DNA of 64,000 nucleotides from NCBI GenBank assembly GCA_910578605.1, contig CAJTQG010000007.1, positions 1,577 through 65,576 on the forward strand, read 5' to 3'. This document shows positions 50,846 through 60,776 of the stretch, in pieces. Made by a program: the position numbers and the translations under genes. The notes beneath the pieces were generated by a model. The model ran no database searches. It was not told where the DNA came from and saw only the letters and a list, made by a program, of their open reading frames with translations. This DNA comes from an uncultured Lachnospiraceae bacterium (GTDB lineage Bacteria > Bacillota > Clostridia > Lachnospirales > Lachnospiraceae). Numbering within the stretch: the stretch's first letter is position 1; each line of letters starts with the position of its first letter.

Positions 50846-50958
50846 AATAAAAAAGGCTGCAAGAATATAGAAATTCCTGCAACCGAACTATCCTAGGTTA
50901 ATATCCCCCTTAGACTCCCAGCTTTGCGTCCATGCATTTCTGTCATGTTTGCCTTTAG
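50846..50958 (-). promoter_or_regulatory. c-di-GMP-I (GEMM) riboswitch-like leader, copy 3, with intrinsic terminator
   Basis: Minus strand: AAAGGCAAACAUGACAGAAAUGCAUGGACGCAAAGCUGGGAGUCUAAGG…GGUUGCAGGAAUUUCUAUAUUCUUGCAGCC UUUUUU. The hairpin covaries relative to copies 1 and 2. Confidence 0.6.
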
Positions 50959-51300
50959 ATTTTTGTATAGAACAGAACACGCTATTTAATGTTAACATTA
51001 CCCCTCTTTTATGTCAACTACTATTGGCACAATTTGTCAAATATTGTTAACAGTCCAGCCTAGGTCTTTGCATCAATTCATACTTCCACTGAACCATTAC
51101 AAATTCCTGTTACTATTCTCAAAATAATTTGCTTTATCCCTTGCCTTTTCTTTCCATTAGATGTATACTTTGTTCGTTTAAATCTATTGTTTTATATTTG
51201 TTTATATGTAACGATTCAGAACCATGCAGATTTATACAAAACCAACAGTTCCATATTGTTGTTTGTGTTTATCAATACATTGAAGGAGGAACCTCTTCCC

Positions 51301-52644
51301 ATGTTACAGAAGCTTTTTCGCAACGTAAGTCAAACACGGCTGATCGCTCTTAGCTTTGCCCTTGTTATATTGACCGGAGCCCTGCTGTTATGCCTTCCCA
51401 TATCATGCAGACAGGGGGAATGGACTGATTTTACGGACGCTCTGTTCACAGCCACCAGTGCCACATGTGTAACTGGTTTAATTGTGTTTGACACATACAC
51501 ACACTGGTCTCTCTTTGGACAGCTTGTCATTTTATTGATGATACAAATTGGGGGTATTGGCCTTATGTCCATTATCACCATGTTTTTTATATTTATGAAA
51601 AAGAAAATCGGCCTTCACGAGCGCATGCTTCTGATGCAGTCCGCAGGAACTATGCGTGTCAGCGGCGTTATCCGCCTTATCAAGAAAATTTTTCTAGGAA
51701 CATTAATTATTGAAGGAATTGGAGCTATTCTTTTGGCATTTCGCTTTATTCCCATGCTTGGAATCCCAATGGGAATCTATTATTCCATATTTCACTCTAT
51801 CTCTGCCTTTTGTAATGCAGGTTTTGATTTAATGGGATATTTTGAGCCTTTCTCCTCCCTCACAAGTTTTCAAACCGACTGGTATTTTAACATCATTATT
51901 ATGCTTCTGATTATTATTGGCGGAATCGGCTTTCTTGTGTGGATGGACATTGTGAAATTCAAGTTTTCCTTTTCAAAATTTCAGCTTCACTCCAAAATTG
52001 TACTGATTACCACTGCCATATTGCTTGCCGCCGGTTTTATTGGCTTCCTGTTTTTGGAACAGCAATATACTTTAAAAGGTATGTCCCCGGGAAACCAAAT
52101 TCTGTCGTCTCTTTTTATGTCGGTGACAACAAGGACTGCCGGCTACAATACAATAGACTTGAATGCACTTTCCCCTTCCTCAAGCCTGCTGTCTGTAATA
52201 TTAATGGCTATCGGCGGAAGTCCCGGCTCCACAGCAGGAGGAATCAAAACCTCCACTGTCGCCTTAATTTTTTTGACTATGGCATCCCTGACAAAGGGGG
52301 ACAATGAGGTTACATTTTTTAAGAAGCGTCTGGAAAATCGTTTGATAAAACAAGCTGCTATTATTATCATGGTATACGGCGCAGGCATATTATTATCCAC
52401 TATACTGATATGCCATATAGAACAAGCAAGCATGACGAATGTATTGTTTGAGACATCCTCAGCCATTGGGACGGTAGGCCTTACCCAGGGCTTGACGCCT
52501 ACCTTAAGTCTATTTTCCAGACTTTTGTTAATTATCATGATGTTTGGCGGGCGTATCGGTGCCGTTTCTCTGCTTCTTGTTTTCCGTGAGCACGAAAAAC
52601 AAGCTCCTACAAGCAGACCAACAGAAAAAATATTAATAGGATAG
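51301..52644 (+). CDS. Trk/Ktr potassium uptake protein, membrane subunit (TrkH/KtrB family)
   Basis: Polytopic protein with repeated M-P-M selectivity-filter-like glycine motifs (GLTQGLT). RBS GAAGGAGG lies before the ATG at 51301. Confidence 0.8.
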   Translation: MLQKLFRNVSQTRLIALSFALVILTGALLLCLPISCRQGEWTDFTDALFTATSATCVTGLIVFDTYTHWSLFGQLVILLMIQIGGIGLMSIITMFFIFMKKKIGLHERMLLMQSAGTMRVSGVIRLIKKIFLGTLIIEGIGAILLAFRFIPMLGIPMGIYYSIFHSISAFCNAGFDLMGYFEPFSSLTSFQTDWYFNIIIMLLIIIGGIGFLVWMDIVKFKFSFSKFQLHSKIVLITTAILLAAGFIGFLFLEQQYTLKGMSPGNQILSSLFMSVTTRTAGYNTIDLNALSPSSSLLSVILMAIGGSPGSTAGGIKTSTVALIFLTMASLTKGDNEVTFFKKRLENRLIKQAAIIIMVYGAGILLSTILICHIEQASMTNVLFETSSAIGTVGLTQGLTPTLSLFSRLLLIIMMFGGRIGAVSLLLVFREHEKQAPTSRPTEKILIG

Positions 52645-52710
52645 ACAGAACAAATAGATTTTGTAATAATAACTCTAAATAAGATAAGTTGCCAGAAAGG
52701 AGAAAACAAC

Positions 52711-54066
52711 ATGCATATTATGATTGTAGGATGCGGAAATGTAGGCAAGACTCTTGCCGAACAATTAAGCCAGGAAGGCCATAATATTGCCGTTGTAGAT
52801 ATACGCCCTGACCGGGTGCAAAATGTATCTAACAGCTTTGATGTGCTTGGTGTCATTGGAAATGGAGCCAGCCCAAGCGTACAGCAGGAGGCAGGTATTG
52901 AAGATACCGATGTGTTTATCGCTGTAACTACCTCGGACGAATTAAACCTTCTTTGCTGCCTGATTGCAAAGAAGGTAGGCGGCTGCCACACAATTGCCAG
53001 GGTGCGCAACCCTGTATATAGCCGTGAAAGCCAATTTATCAAGGAAGAGCTGGGCCTTTCCATGATTATCAACCCAGAGCTGGCTGCCGCCATGGAAATA
53101 TCTCATCTGCTTCAATTTCCTTCCGCCATTGAAACAGATTCCTTTGCCAAGGGCAGAATCACTTTAATTAAATTTCGTTTAGAGAAAGATATGCCTCTAT
53201 GTCACCTTGCTCTGCGGGAGGTGTCTGCAAAATTAAAGTGCGATATTTTAGTGTGCGCTGTGGAGCGGGAGGAGCATATTATTATACCTGATGGAGATTT
53301 TATCTTTCAGGAAAAGGATATGATTAGCTTTATGGCATCACCAAGGAAGGCTGCTAAATTTTTTAAACGATTAGGTCTTGGTTCCAGCCAAATAAAAAAT
53401 ACAATGATTACTGGAGGCAGCTCTATTGTCTATTACTTGGCAAATATGCTCTGCAACTCCGGCATGGAAGTAAAAATCATTGAAGCCGACGAGGAGCGCT
53501 GCGGGCAGCTCAGCGAGCTGCTGCCGGAAGCTATGATTATTCATGGGGACAGCACAGAAAAGGATTTACTTTTAGAAGAAGGGATTCAGCACAGTGGAGC
53601 TTTTATCTCCCTCACAGATTTTGATGAAGAAAATATTATGCTTTCCCTTTTTGCCAGAAGTGTTTCAAAAGCAAAGACTGTAACAAGCATTCACCGTATT
53701 GAGTATGATGACATTATCAGCAAACTAGATGTGGGAAGTACCATTTATCCCAAATTTATTACAGCTGAATATATTATCCAATATGTGCGGGCCATGAACA
53801 ATTCTATCGGCAGCAATGTAGAAACACTATATAAACTTTTTGGCAACCGAGTGGAGGCCCTGGAATTTATTATCCATGAGGGGGCTCGGGGCACCGACAT
53901 TCCCCTAAAAGACTTAAAACTAAAATCCAACCTTCTTATCTGCAGTATTATAAGAAAGGGAAAGATACTCACTCCTGGCGGTGATGATGTGATTCAAGTG
54001 GGTGACAATGTAATCGTCGTCACTACCCACAAAGGTTTACAGGATATTAAAGATATTTTACAATAG
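52711..54066 (+). CDS. trkA: Trk system regulatory subunit TrkA (two RCK N/C pairs)
   Basis: Rossmann motifs MHIMIVGCGNVGKTLA and a second ITGGSSIVYYLA; 451 aa. Confidence 0.85.
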   Translation: MHIMIVGCGNVGKTLAEQLSQEGHNIAVVDIRPDRVQNVSNSFDVLGVIGNGASPSVQQEAGIEDTDVFIAVTTSDELNLLCCLIAKKVGGCHTIARVRNPVYSRESQFIKEELGLSMIINPELAAAMEISHLLQFPSAIETDSFAKGRITLIKFRLEKDMPLCHLALREVSAKLKCDILVCAVEREEHIIIPDGDFIFQEKDMISFMASPRKAAKFFKRLGLGSSQIKNTMITGGSSIVYYLANMLCNSGMEVKIIEADEERCGQLSELLPEAMIIHGDSTEKDLLLEEGIQHSGAFISLTDFDEENIMLSLFARSVSKAKTVTSIHRIEYDDIISKLDVGSTIYPKFITAEYIIQYVRAMNNSIGSNVETLYKLFGNRVEALEFIIHEGARGTDIPLKDLKLKSNLLICSIIRKGKILTPGGDDVIQVGDNVIVVTTHKGLQDIKDILQ

Positions 54067-54104
54067 AAAAGAAAGGATAGAATACAAGTATTTTCACTTG
54101 AAGT

Positions 54105-55556
54105 TTGGTGCAGATTATGAATTATGGAATGATACTCTATATTTTATGCTGGGTTTTGCAATTTGAAGCCCTATTTCTCACATTGCCGGCGGCCTGCTCT
54201 TGGATTTATCATGAAGCCTGCGGAAACTCCTTTCTGATTGTAGCGGCCTTTGCTTATGTTGTAGGGTTTGTAGGAACAAGAAAAAAACCTTCCTCCAATG
54301 TGTTTTATGCAAAAGAAGGTTTTGTCACTGTCTGTTTAAGCTGGATTCTTTTAAGCCTTGTAGGAGCCCTGCCATTTTTTATCAGCGGTGAGATTCCTAA
54401 CTTTACTAATGCATTGTTTGAGACTATCTCCGGATTTACTACAACCGGAGCGACAATCCTTGGAAATGTGGAAGGCCTTTCTTATTCTATGCGATTCTGG
54501 AGAAGCTTCACCCACTGGATTGGCGGTATGGGAGTGCTGGTCTTTCTTATGGCCGTTCTGCCCCTTGCCGGCGGCTACAATATGCACCTGATGCGTGCTG
54601 AGGCTCCTGGTCCTAATGTTGGTAAGCTGGTTCCCCGCATTAAGGAAACTGCCAAGATTTTATATGGCATATACATAGTGCTAACTATGTTTGAGATTGC
54701 CGCTCTGCTCTTTGCCGGCATGAATATGTATGAGTCAATCAACCTATCCTTTGCCACCTTAGGCACAGGAGGCTTTGGCATATTAAACAGCAGCATTGCA
54801 TCCTACTCCACCACCGTCAAAATTATCATTACTATTTTTATGGTGCTGGCCTCCCTAAACTTTAATGTATACTATATGATAATGGTACGCAAACCAAAGG
54901 CCGCCCTAAAATGCGAGGAGATGCGGTGGCACTTGATCATATTGGGATTGTCTATTTTATTTATGACAATCAACATTCGCCATATGTTCCCAAATATAAA
55001 AGATGCCTTAGTGGAAGCGGCATTCCAGGGAGCCAGCATAATGTCCTCCACCGGATTTGCCACCACGGATTTTAATCTTTGGCCTGAATTTTCAAAAGCC
55101 ATTTTGGTCATTCTTATGATAATCGGTGCAAGCGCAGGAAGCACCGGCGGGGGAATTAAAGTTTCCAGAGTCATCACCATTGCCAAGGCTCTGAAAAAAG
55201 AACTTTCCTATATTGTACATCCACGAAGCATTAAAAAGCTTTCCCTGGAAGGACACAGCATCCCCCACGAAACTTTGCGCAGTATCAATGCTTTTGTTAT
55301 ATGCTATGGCTTTTTTGTTTTTATCTCTCTGCTGATTATTTCACTAGATAACTTTGACTTTACTACTAATTTTACTGCCATTATCGCCTGCCTGAACAAC
55401 ATTGGTCCCGGCATAGGCGGTGTTGGACCAATGGAAACCTTTGATAAATTTTCAGATATGTCAAAATATACACTTATGTTTAATATGCTGGCTGGAAGGC
55501 TGGAATTGTTCCCTATGTTAGTATTATTTTCCCCTTCCACTTGGCGCAGCCGCTAG
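54105..55556 (+). CDS. Trk/Ktr potassium uptake protein, membrane subunit (second copy)
   Basis: TrkH-family polytopic protein, paralogous to 51301-52644. Confidence 0.8.
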   Translation: MVQIMNYGMILYILCWVLQFEALFLTLPAACSWIYHEACGNSFLIVAAFAYVVGFVGTRKKPSSNVFYAKEGFVTVCLSWILLSLVGALPFFISGEIPNFTNALFETISGFTTTGATILGNVEGLSYSMRFWRSFTHWIGGMGVLVFLMAVLPLAGGYNMHLMRAEAPGPNVGKLVPRIKETAKILYGIYIVLTMFEIAALLFAGMNMYESINLSFATLGTGGFGILNSSIASYSTTVKIIITIFMVLASLNFNVYYMIMVRKPKAALKCEEMRWHLIILGLSILFMTINIRHMFPNIKDALVEAAFQGASIMSSTGFATTDFNLWPEFSKAILVILMIIGASAGSTGGGIKVSRVITIAKALKKELSYIVHPRSIKKLSLEGHSIPHETLRSINAFVICYGFFVFISLLIISLDNFDFTTNFTAIIACLNNIGPGIGGVGPMETFDKFSDMSKYTLMFNMLAGRLELFPMLVLFSPSTWRSR

Positions 55557-55634
55557 TGTTCTGCAACTCACATTTCGCCAAATAAAGCAGAATCAAATAG
55601 CATCAAATTTGGAAAAAAGAAAGGAAATCTATCT

Positions 55635-56294
55635 ATGAAATCGGTACTTGTAATCGGAATGGGCATCCTAGGGCGGCAATTGGCCTACAAGATGCAGGAA
55701 ATGGGAAATGCAGTGATGGTAATTGACAAAAATGAGGACTTAATTCAAGAGCTGTCTGACAAATTCAAGGATGCCATGGTTGGAGACTGTACCAACGAAG
55801 GCGTTCTCCGCTCTGTAGGAATCAATAACTTTGATTACTGCTTTGTTGCCATCGGAGAGGATTTTTACGCCTCCTTAGAAATCACCTCCATCTTAAAAGA
55901 ATTAGGGGCAAAACATGTGATTTCCAAGGCAAAGCTGCAGCGCCAGGCAACCTTCCTAAAACAAATCGGCGCAGATGAAGTCTTTTACCCAGAAAAAGAA
56001 ATAGCCGAAAAGCTGGCTGTGCGCTACAATGCTACCAACATTTTCGACTTTATTGAACTGACATCAGATTATTCCATTTTTGAGATTCCCATATTGCCAA
56101 AATGGATTCATAAAACCATAATGGATGTTAATGTCCGCCGCTCCTACAATATCAATATTATCGCTATTAAAAACGGAAGCACCATCAATCCGGCGCCTAC
56201 CGGAAATTATACATTCTGTAAGGACGACCATATTGTAGTGATTGGCAAACCAAGCGATGTTTTCAAATTAACGGCAAAAATTGAACAAAATTAA
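55635..56294 (+). CDS. KtrA/TrkA-like RCK regulatory subunit (single RCK N/C)
   Basis: MKSVLVIGMGILGRQLAYKM is a Rossmann motif; 219 aa. Confidence 0.8.
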   Translation: MKSVLVIGMGILGRQLAYKMQEMGNAVMVIDKNEDLIQELSDKFKDAMVGDCTNEGVLRSVGINNFDYCFVAIGEDFYASLEITSILKELGAKHVISKAKLQRQATFLKQIGADEVFYPEKEIAEKLAVRYNATNIFDFIELTSDYSIFEIPILPKWIHKTIMDVNVRRSYNINIIAIKNGSTINPAPTGNYTFCKDDHIVVIGKPSDVFKLTAKIEQN

Positions 56295-56716
56295 TCCTGA
56301 AAATTTTCTAGTGGTCCTAAGCGGAAGTATTCAAAGCTTCCCTGACAGACCACTTTTTCTTTTTCGGTCATAACCTTTACATTATAATTAATAATTGTTC
56401 TGCCTGCCTTTACTACCTGGGCCACCACATATAGCTCATTGCAATCCCTGGCCTCATGGAGATAATGCACCTGACCGTTTAGGGTAGTCACCTGGTCTCC
56501 ATGTGTCATAGCAGCAATGCCTGCCGTCGTATCCATTACAGAAAACAGGCATCCGCCATGTACCATTCCCATTCCATTTTGCAGACTCTCATCCACCCTA
56601 AGCTCCCCCTTGGCATATCCTTCCTTTAACTCAACAATTCTCAAGTTCGTCTTTTTTGTAAAAAAAGTATCTTTATTGACTTTGTTCATCAATATTTCTT
56701 TTCTTTCCTGATTCAT
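56291..56716 (-). CDS. PaaI-family hotdog thioesterase
   Basis: GMVHGG motif; 141 aa. Confidence 0.7.
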   Translation of the reverse strand: MNQERKEILMNKVNKDTFFTKKTNLRIVELKEGYAKGELRVDESLQNGMGMVHGGCLFSVMDTTAGIAAMTHGDQVTTLNGQVHYLHEARDCNELYVVAQVVKAGRTIINYNVKVMTEKEKVVCQGSFEYFRLGPLENFQD

Positions 56717-56791
56717 TGCTCCTGTTTCACTCCCTTATATCCCAATCTGCAGCCAAACTCATGTCTAGATTTTTCCTTGTTATTTTCTATA

Positions 56792-59653
56792 CTAATCTAT
56801 CTCTTCCTCCTCCAAATTATCATCTCCCTCTTCCTCCTCCCCATCATTTTCCTCATTATCATACAAATCTTTATCCTCTGTAGTATCAGATTCCATATCC
56901 CCCTTATTCCATGCCTGCTGTAAGTCCAGTCTCACCGATATTTCCGGAATAACCGGAGATTTTTTATCATGGGCAACAATTGCCTGGTAAATTCTCTCAC
57001 TGTTTTTCTTATCATCAAAATCAAAAAAGCTGTTTATCCTGTCAATATACATCTCAGGTACTTTGCAGTTTTGCTCCAAAGCCTCAATTAAAGCATCCAC
57101 GGCAGCCTCCAAATCATAGCAGACCGGCCCAAACCCATCCTTCTCATAGCTGAAATATCCCTCATCATATGTCTGGTCCGCAAAGAACTGTTCTTTGTCA
57201 AACTGGGCATATATAATATATTTCCGCAGATAAGCAAAATCAAAAATAACACTAGAATAATCCGTCACTGTCAAGGCCGCCTGTGCAAATACTTTATTGT
57301 AATCTACATAGCCCTCGTTAACCGTAAATACATCATTTCCCTGAAAATCTATCCACTGTTCCTTGTGAATCGGATGAAGACAGAACGTGCCTTTATATCC
57401 CAATGAGCGCATTTTCTCAAGAAGTCTTGGATGATTCATTAAGCCATTGTAAAACTGAAAATATTCTGTATCAACAAAACCATCAAAATAAACACTGGTA
57501 GTATTACTGTCATAACTCTGCTTAATGGATTTTCGCCATGTAGGAAGAATCAATATGTTTTTCTCTTTTTTATCATAAAGCTCATCGAACCTTGCCTGTC
57601 CTGTCAGCGCTACATTGTTCTCCTTATACCTGTAAGCATCATTGATAAAAGAAGCTCTCTCTCTCTTTGACACAGTAAATATCATTTCTATATTTTTGGC
57701 ATCCCGATTTAACCAGGAGGACAAATCTGCACATGCCACACCATGCTGAAGATAATAAAATTTGTAATGGAACAAATCCTGCACATGAGCTCTGTCCCTG
57801 CCAAAGGGATTCAGGGTAAATTCACTAGCCCCCGACGAGATAATCTTCTTTGCATCCAGGAAAGTATCCAAATACTCTTTTGTGTCAAAGAATACAACCT
57901 TCCCCTCCTTCTGCAGTCTTCCGGCGCACTCCGCATCTTTGCTGATGGCAAACACTGGCTGTACCCCTGGTATATCAATGGAATTCAAATATTTAAAAAA
58001 TACCTCTCCATTATCTCCTGCATTCATCACCCGATCAGAAAGCAGCCAGATATCCTTCTGTGGTTTATGGAATCTTCGGTGAAAGAAATAATGAATGCGG
58101 TAATTGGCAATCTTGCCAAATTTATTTTTCCTAAGCCATCTCTGATGTTTCCATATATACTTTAACTTAGTCCAAAATGACCTGTTCAATCGATATACCA
58201 TAACCACTTTCTTTTTGGGTAGATAAATCAAATTGCCATGGTTCTTAAAGATACCTTTGCTGGTATTCCAGTTTGGCACAAATTTACTGTAGCTCATTCC
58301 TATATTATATTTCTTACCGTTTAAAATAAGAGCACTTCTCACACGCCCTATCTTTCCAAGCTTAAATATCTTCATAGGAATATTGACACTAAAACAGTAA
58401 GAATGATGCACCTTCCCGTCCATTGTCATAACACCTGCGTTCGTATTTTCCCATATGTCAGGCTGATATATTTTCTTTCCAACCGCTATCACAAACTGGG
58501 GACTTAATCTTGACAGTTCAAATAACCACTTAGAAACCGTTCCCTCCATATGAAAACATTTATTTTTTATGTCAATAAAATTAACACGACACATTCCAAA
58601 GCTTTTTGGCAGTGTGAGAAGAAGCTGATCCCCCACTGCCAGCTCCGCCTCCTCCGTCAGTTCTATATCGTCCGTAAGCTTGTGACCATGCTTCACCTTG
58701 TAGGCAATTCCTTTATGAACAAAATTTCGGTGTACCGGATTGCGCAGTATCACCTCATCATCAATCTCCTGCATAATTTGGTGAGACTTGTCCAAAAATT
58801 TTTTTCTCTGCTGCTCATTTAAAGTCTCCCCTAAATCTATACGAAACCTCCATGCAAGGTCGTAGTAGATTACATATTGAATGTACGGAACAACACTTCC
58901 CTGATTCTTCCTAGACAACTCCATCAGGGCAAAATGATAGTTGTCAAGTGTCTCATCAAAAAAATCCGGCTGGTATTTTGATATCTGAACTGCCGATGTT
59001 CCGCTCTCTCTTTTTCGATAATAATATTTTGCCTTTGGAATAAATCCAAGGAGCATTTTCTTTAAAACCACCGTATTGACAAAAAGAGAGTCCTCCCCGA
59101 ATTTCAATCCCTCTTTAAATCTTACATCCTCTATGGCACTTGCCCGAAAGAACGAAGTTGCCACTTGAACTACAATAGAATTGTACTCCTCCTCCTTTGT
59201 CAAATCGGCAACCCTCTGCCCCTCATTCATTCGATAATTTAATATATGCCCCCCTGTCTTTGCCTCAAAAAATTCTATTGTGGCAGTGGCTACATCTACC
59301 TGCTTATATTTTTTAAAGAACTGATACACTCTCTTAAAGCTGTCTAACTCCCATTTGTCATCGGAATCAATAAAATTGACAATCTCCCCTTGAATATATT
59401 CCATTCCTTTATTTCTAGCCGCCGACACCCCTGAATTTTCCTGCTTTAAGTATACAATATTGTTTGGATATTTTTCCTTGTATTCTAGGCAGATAGCCTC
59501 ACTGTCATCCTGGGAGCCATCATTAATCAATATAATCTGAATGTTTTTCTCAAAACCAATATTTTGGCTGACGATACTATCTATTGCTTCCCTTAAATAA
59601 TCCTCCACATTGTAAACTGGAATTACTACCGAAAATTTAAATTTTTCACTCAT
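56792..59653 (-). CDS. bifunctional GT2 glycosyltransferase / CDP-glycerol glycerophosphotransferase (TagF-like) with poly-acidic C-terminal tail
   Basis: N-terminal GT-A motif FSVVIPVYNVEDYL…INDGSQDDS. The C-terminal ~400 aa resembles TagB/TagF. The tail is EENDGEEEEGDDNLEEEEID. An RBS favours the ATG at 59653. Confidence 0.65.
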   Translation of the reverse strand: MSEKFKFSVVIPVYNVEDYLREAIDSIVSQNIGFEKNIQIILINDGSQDDSEAICLEYKEKYPNNIVYLKQENSGVSAARNKGMEYIQGEIVNFIDSDDKWELDSFKRVYQFFKKYKQVDVATATIEFFEAKTGGHILNYRMNEGQRVADLTKEEEYNSIVVQVATSFFRASAIEDVRFKEGLKFGEDSLFVNTVVLKKMLLGFIPKAKYYYRKRESGTSAVQISKYQPDFFDETLDNYHFALMELSRKNQGSVVPYIQYVIYYDLAWRFRIDLGETLNEQQRKKFLDKSHQIMQEIDDEVILRNPVHRNFVHKGIAYKVKHGHKLTDDIELTEEAELAVGDQLLLTLPKSFGMCRVNFIDIKNKCFHMEGTVSKWLFELSRLSPQFVIAVGKKIYQPDIWENTNAGVMTMDGKVHHSYCFSVNIPMKIFKLGKIGRVRSALILNGKKYNIGMSYSKFVPNWNTSKGIFKNHGNLIYLPKKKVVMVYRLNRSFWTKLKYIWKHQRWLRKNKFGKIANYRIHYFFHRRFHKPQKDIWLLSDRVMNAGDNGEVFFKYLNSIDIPGVQPVFAISKDAECAGRLQKEGKVVFFDTKEYLDTFLDAKKIISSGASEFTLNPFGRDRAHVQDLFHYKFYYLQHGVACADLSSWLNRDAKNIEMIFTVSKRERASFINDAYRYKENNVALTGQARFDELYDKKEKNILILPTWRKSIKQSYDSNTTSVYFDGFVDTEYFQFYNGLMNHPRLLEKMRSLGYKGTFCLHPIHKEQWIDFQGNDVFTVNEGYVDYNKVFAQAALTVTDYSSVIFDFAYLRKYIIYAQFDKEQFFADQTYDEGYFSYEKDGFGPVCYDLEAAVDALIEALEQNCKVPEMYIDRINSFFDFDDKKNSERIYQAIVAHDKKSPVIPEISVRLDLQQAWNKGDMESDTTEDKDLYDNEENDGEEEEGDDNLEEEEID

Positions 59654-59666
59654 CTTGTCCTCCATT

Positions 59667-60755
59667 TTAAACAGCATCCTTCACAGCCCGTTTTGGAAAA
59701 AGTCCCCCAATAAAGCTTGAAAGCTTTCCTGTAAGATAATCAAACACCATAGCTATAAAAATTGTGCTAACCATCACCATAATCAAATACATATACTTAT
59801 GATTTACCAATCTTTGCTGCAGTATCATCATAGGAATCCTCTGCAAAATATATATGCTGAACACATGATTGCCAAACCAGACAAGCACCGGATTACAAAA
59901 GCTAATCTTCATTGTAAGAAGCACTACCATCAGCGTAAAGGACACCGCCCAGACAGTATACCCCTCTATTCCATGCTGCCACCGATATACAAAGGATACA
60001 CAGTAGGCAAAAACCATACACATTGCAGCAAAAGCATAGGTATAATCATTGTGCATCACCATTTTTTCTATTGGCTTCTTCAGCAGAGAATACCAGCAGC
60101 CCAAAGGAAGAAGAACAATGGTATTATAGGCATATCCCGGTCTTCCCAATTTCATCTGAAAATATACAAACCCAACAGCTCCTGCTGTGAGAAGAATGGC
60201 CCCGATATAACACCCTAGCTCTCTGCGCTTCTCCATCCATCTCAGACAGAAGAATGCCAGAAAATAAATTACATACAAAACTAAAACGGCAAATATATAC
60301 CAATTAGAATTGCCTACAGACTTCCATCCAATTAACGACCACAAAATTATTTTTATATCGTAGGTTTTGCCTAAAAACCATCCCACAATCAGAAACAGCC
60401 CTATTGCAATATCAAAATTGAGCAGTACCGTAAAAAATCTCTTAACAGGGATACCCTTTACATACCCAAAGCCCTTTCTTAAAGTCGCCTCCATCATTCC
60501 GTAGCCGGAATAAAACCAAAACATGGACACAACCATCTGATTTAAGTGCTTTTGCAAGGAAAGATACGGTCGGTCATATATCCCCCCCAGCTTCACATAC
60601 TGTGAAAAATGAGTAAATACAATCAATATTACAAAGATTCCTTTTATTGCGTTAGTTTTTTCCTTTGAGAGGTAATCTTTGTGAAAGCTGTTTGCATCTG
60701 CTATTTTTACCTCCTGAAACATAATCAACAACAAAAATAAAATAAAAAAGACCAT
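59667..60755 (-). CDS. acyltransferase family 3 membrane protein
   Basis: Polytopic protein with the N-terminal acyltransferase-3 pattern (…NAIKGIFVILIVFTHF…). Confidence 0.65.
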   Translation of the reverse strand: MVFFILFLLLIMFQEVKIADANSFHKDYLSKEKTNAIKGIFVILIVFTHFSQYVKLGGIYDRPYLSLQKHLNQMVVSMFWFYSGYGMMEATLRKGFGYVKGIPVKRFFTVLLNFDIAIGLFLIVGWFLGKTYDIKIILWSLIGWKSVGNSNWYIFAVLVLYVIYFLAFFCLRWMEKRRELGCYIGAILLTAGAVGFVYFQMKLGRPGYAYNTIVLLPLGCWYSLLKKPIEKMVMHNDYTYAFAAMCMVFAYCVSFVYRWQHGIEGYTVWAVSFTLMVVLLTMKISFCNPVLVWFGNHVFSIYILQRIPMMILQQRLVNHKYMYLIMVMVSTIFIAMVFDYLTGKLSSFIGGLFPKRAVKDAV

Positions 60756-60776
60756 ATTAGCTCTCCTTTCACAAGT

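Noticed and set aside
50960-51300. c-di-AMP (ydaO) riboswitch in the trkH leader
   Set aside because: No ACGGGGA/CCCG-type pseudo-symmetric motifs were seen; only promoter-like hexamers.
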